A stretch of 37,021 bases of DNA. Source: Octopus bimaculoides (lineage: Eukaryota). Made by a program: the position numbers and the translations under genes. Under the pieces are notes generated by a model that was given only the letters and a program-made list of their open reading frames with translations, did no database searches and was not told the DNA's origin. Location: positions 39,863,716 to 39,900,736 of the forward strand of contig NC_068983.1 of the NCBI RefSeq assembly GCF_001194135.2, read 5' to 3'. Below, piece by piece: positions 34,661-37,021 of the stretch. Every line of letters begins with the position of its first letter. Within the stretch, counting starts at the first letter, position 1.

Positions 34661-35872
34661 TATGGATATATGTACTACGTATATTTCCTTTTGGAATTCT
34701 ATTTTCTTCCGTTAATTGTAATTGCTTTTTTTTTCTTTTTCTTTTCTCTCTAACTAACATAAGTTTGAGTATTATATACATTTATTTGTTTATTAGTAAC
34801 TGCGTTAATTAGTTTTAATTACAACTTTTATCACTAAACTTTATATATCTGCTTAAATAGTAACGTGGATTTATTTTCTGTCAAGCATTTTTCTTTTCTG
34901 TTTTTTTTTTCTCCTGTATAAATATATATCATTTCCAATTTTCTTTTGCGATTCTTAGTAACGTTTTTTTTCTTTTTCTTGCCTGGTTTTTACTCTTTCC
35001 CAGCCTCTACCTTTTTCCTGAAGCACACTCTCACTTCCTCTCTCTTTCTTCATCTCTTTCTTTCCATTCTTCTTTTATTCTCTTCATTCATCTATTTAAC
35101 TCTCTCGTTCTTTATCTGCCTGTCTCCCTCTATCCATACTTGTTTTTCTAACTTCTATATCTTTTAGAACCAATAAATGGCATGCAATCTCTATCCCTTG
35201 CTTCTACTATTTAATTATCATAAAGAAGTCGTACAATAGCCCTGCACTTGTTTGATCTCACTTACTTTTATTCACCCTCTCATTCCCCCTCCTTCCTTTA
35301 GTCTTTCTAAATTTTCCGTTCCTCCCCTCTCTGCTATTTATAATAAACATTCTCTTTCCCCACTTCTTTCTCCATATCATTATCTGTCTTTCTTACAGTC
35401 TGGCTCTCCTTCCCTCACCTTTCTTGTTCTCTCTCTCTTCCTCTTCCTCTCTTACTATCTATCCAACTATTTGTCTTCTTTACACTCACACGCTTCCCCT
35501 CTGTTGCTTAAAAATATATCATTCGAAATATATGAAACTTCAACAGAAATGGAAGTTTACAAAGTATGTTGAATAAGTTTTTCTTGTTTGTTTTTGTTTC
35601 AATATCAATAATACTTAAACATATGGTCGCTATCCAAGCCCCAGAGCAGCATCCCTTCTTCCCACCTGAAACATATCATTCACCTTATTTACTCACCTTT
35701 CTACGACGTTGAGTCGTGATTTGAGGAATATTTGGTTGCTATTTCCAGCATGAAAAGCTCCTTTGATCCAGGTTGAAGCGTAACGCTACACAAGATATCG
35801 TAGCTATTATGTTATACCGTCGCATGTCCAAATGCGTTTTTTTTTTTTACTATCTAATTTTGCTTGCCATAG

Positions 35873-35965
35873 CTGGTTCTTTTGGTCAAACTATCGTATC
35901 TCCAGCTGCTCCAGATGAAAACTGTCAAAGTGTAGTACAACGGTTTAACATTTTTCAAAAGTGTT
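35873..35965 (+). CDS. Coding exon, 93 nt, phase 1-1, of an unidentified probably extracellular Cys-containing protein (xGSFGQTIVSPAAPDENCQSVVQRFNIFQKC)
   Basis: T12 tract, CTAAT branch motif (35854-58), ttgcttgccatag acceptor, consensus GTAAGT donor (35966-71). Only one of three frames is open. Confidence 0.65.
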
Positions 35966-36226
35966 GTAAGTTCCACATACGACTGAAAATATCATACGTG
36001 CATGGAGTTACGATTTTATGCACTCAACAAAGTATTATTGTTCAGCTGAAACTGTTGCTAATGTAAAAAGAAATGGAATGGTGAAACTATTTTTCCATTT
36101 TGTGAAAAAGCAATGTTTAAGTCTTACGACACTATATGTTTTCTATACTGAGCATATTGTTTGTATATATATATATATATATCAAAGGATGTGTTATAAT
36201 ACTATTTCATTTATGCAAAACAGCAG

Positions 36227-36336
36227 TGCCAACAATCCAACATACCTCCATCATCAGCTGCCCTACGGATATCATTATGGTTTCGACACTTGGGCAGTAC
36301 TGTTCAATCTGGCAGGGGTCGAAAGCACTAAAATAA
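36227..36336 (+). CDS. Possible terminal exon (LPTIQHTSIISCPTDIIMVSTLGQYCSIWQGSKALK*)
   Basis: NAGNAG acceptor aacagcag; the phase-1 frame stays open to TAA at 36334-36; AATAAA at 36413-18. The pyrimidine tract is weak. Confidence 0.3.
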
Positions 36337-37021
36337 GTGTTGTTTGGGAACAAACATACCAAAGAAACCACAACTTTCAAACACATTTACCCTATGTACA
36401 ACCGTATCGATAAATAAATTCAATAAGTAAATTAACAACCAACTCCGAAATACGTAACCAAACAGCGATCAATCCCTTAAGTCATACAAAAATTATATTC
36501 CCTACCGTCTTCCATAGTATAATATAAATGTGAAAGCTTAATAACCACATTCATTAAATTATAGGCAGGATTAAACACTAACTTTAATAAAACTACAACA
36601 AAGAAACACATAAACGAATGTACATTGTATCGGTATTAATAGTAAACCTGCAATAACTAAATTATATGCTTAATAACAACCAATCTTTAAGTCCAAACAA
36701 ATAATAATCCCGCCAGTCTTCCATAGTTACAACTATAATAAAGAAATTAAAGCATTATATAAATCTCTCCGAAACAAAACAAACAGCTAATTATATAATA
36801 ATTATGAGGGAAATACAATATTTCATCATTTAATAATAAAACACTACATATTCATTAACATATCACCACTACAAACTATAATATTAAATTACCAGTAACT
36901 AACAGAAATATAAAATTGATATATATATATACAAAAATGTATGTGTATATATGTATATACAGATATGTATATGCAGATATGTATGTGTGCATGTATATAC
37001 ATATATTTATAAATATATATA

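Overview
Eukaryotic, AT-rich, repeat-saturated scaffold segment with 13 N-gaps (about 3.9 kb). The SINE families and dense microsatellites point to a coleoid cephalopod, most likely Octopus (inference). Almost all ORFs in the supplied track are artefacts of microsatellites or gaps. Recognisable content: (1) about 18 copies or fragments of at least four tRNA-derived SINE families; (2) two 3' remnants of restriction-like-endonuclease (R2/R4/Dong-type) non-LTR retrotransposons; (3) a Penelope-like GIY-YIG remnant; (4) a complete but dead mariner with 30-bp TIRs, interrupted by a 496-bp insert made of a GC-rich segment, a 5S rRNA pseudocopy and a SINE; (5) a 13-unit 33-bp minisatellite built from a SINE tRNA head. 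No complete host gene is visible, but there is one well-flanked 93-nt coding exon at 35873-35965 with a possible terminal exon, and a promoter-like unique island near 19.5 kb. The most notable signal is a set of minimal type-I hammerhead-ribozyme motifs with palindromic stem III. The best one (14387-14429, minus strand) sits in the loop of a hairpin inside a terminally redundant 363-bp unit that looks like a retrozyme or Penelope terminal repeat. All of these motifs carry core substitutions, so they may be fossils. Everything was read by eye; no database search or folding was run.
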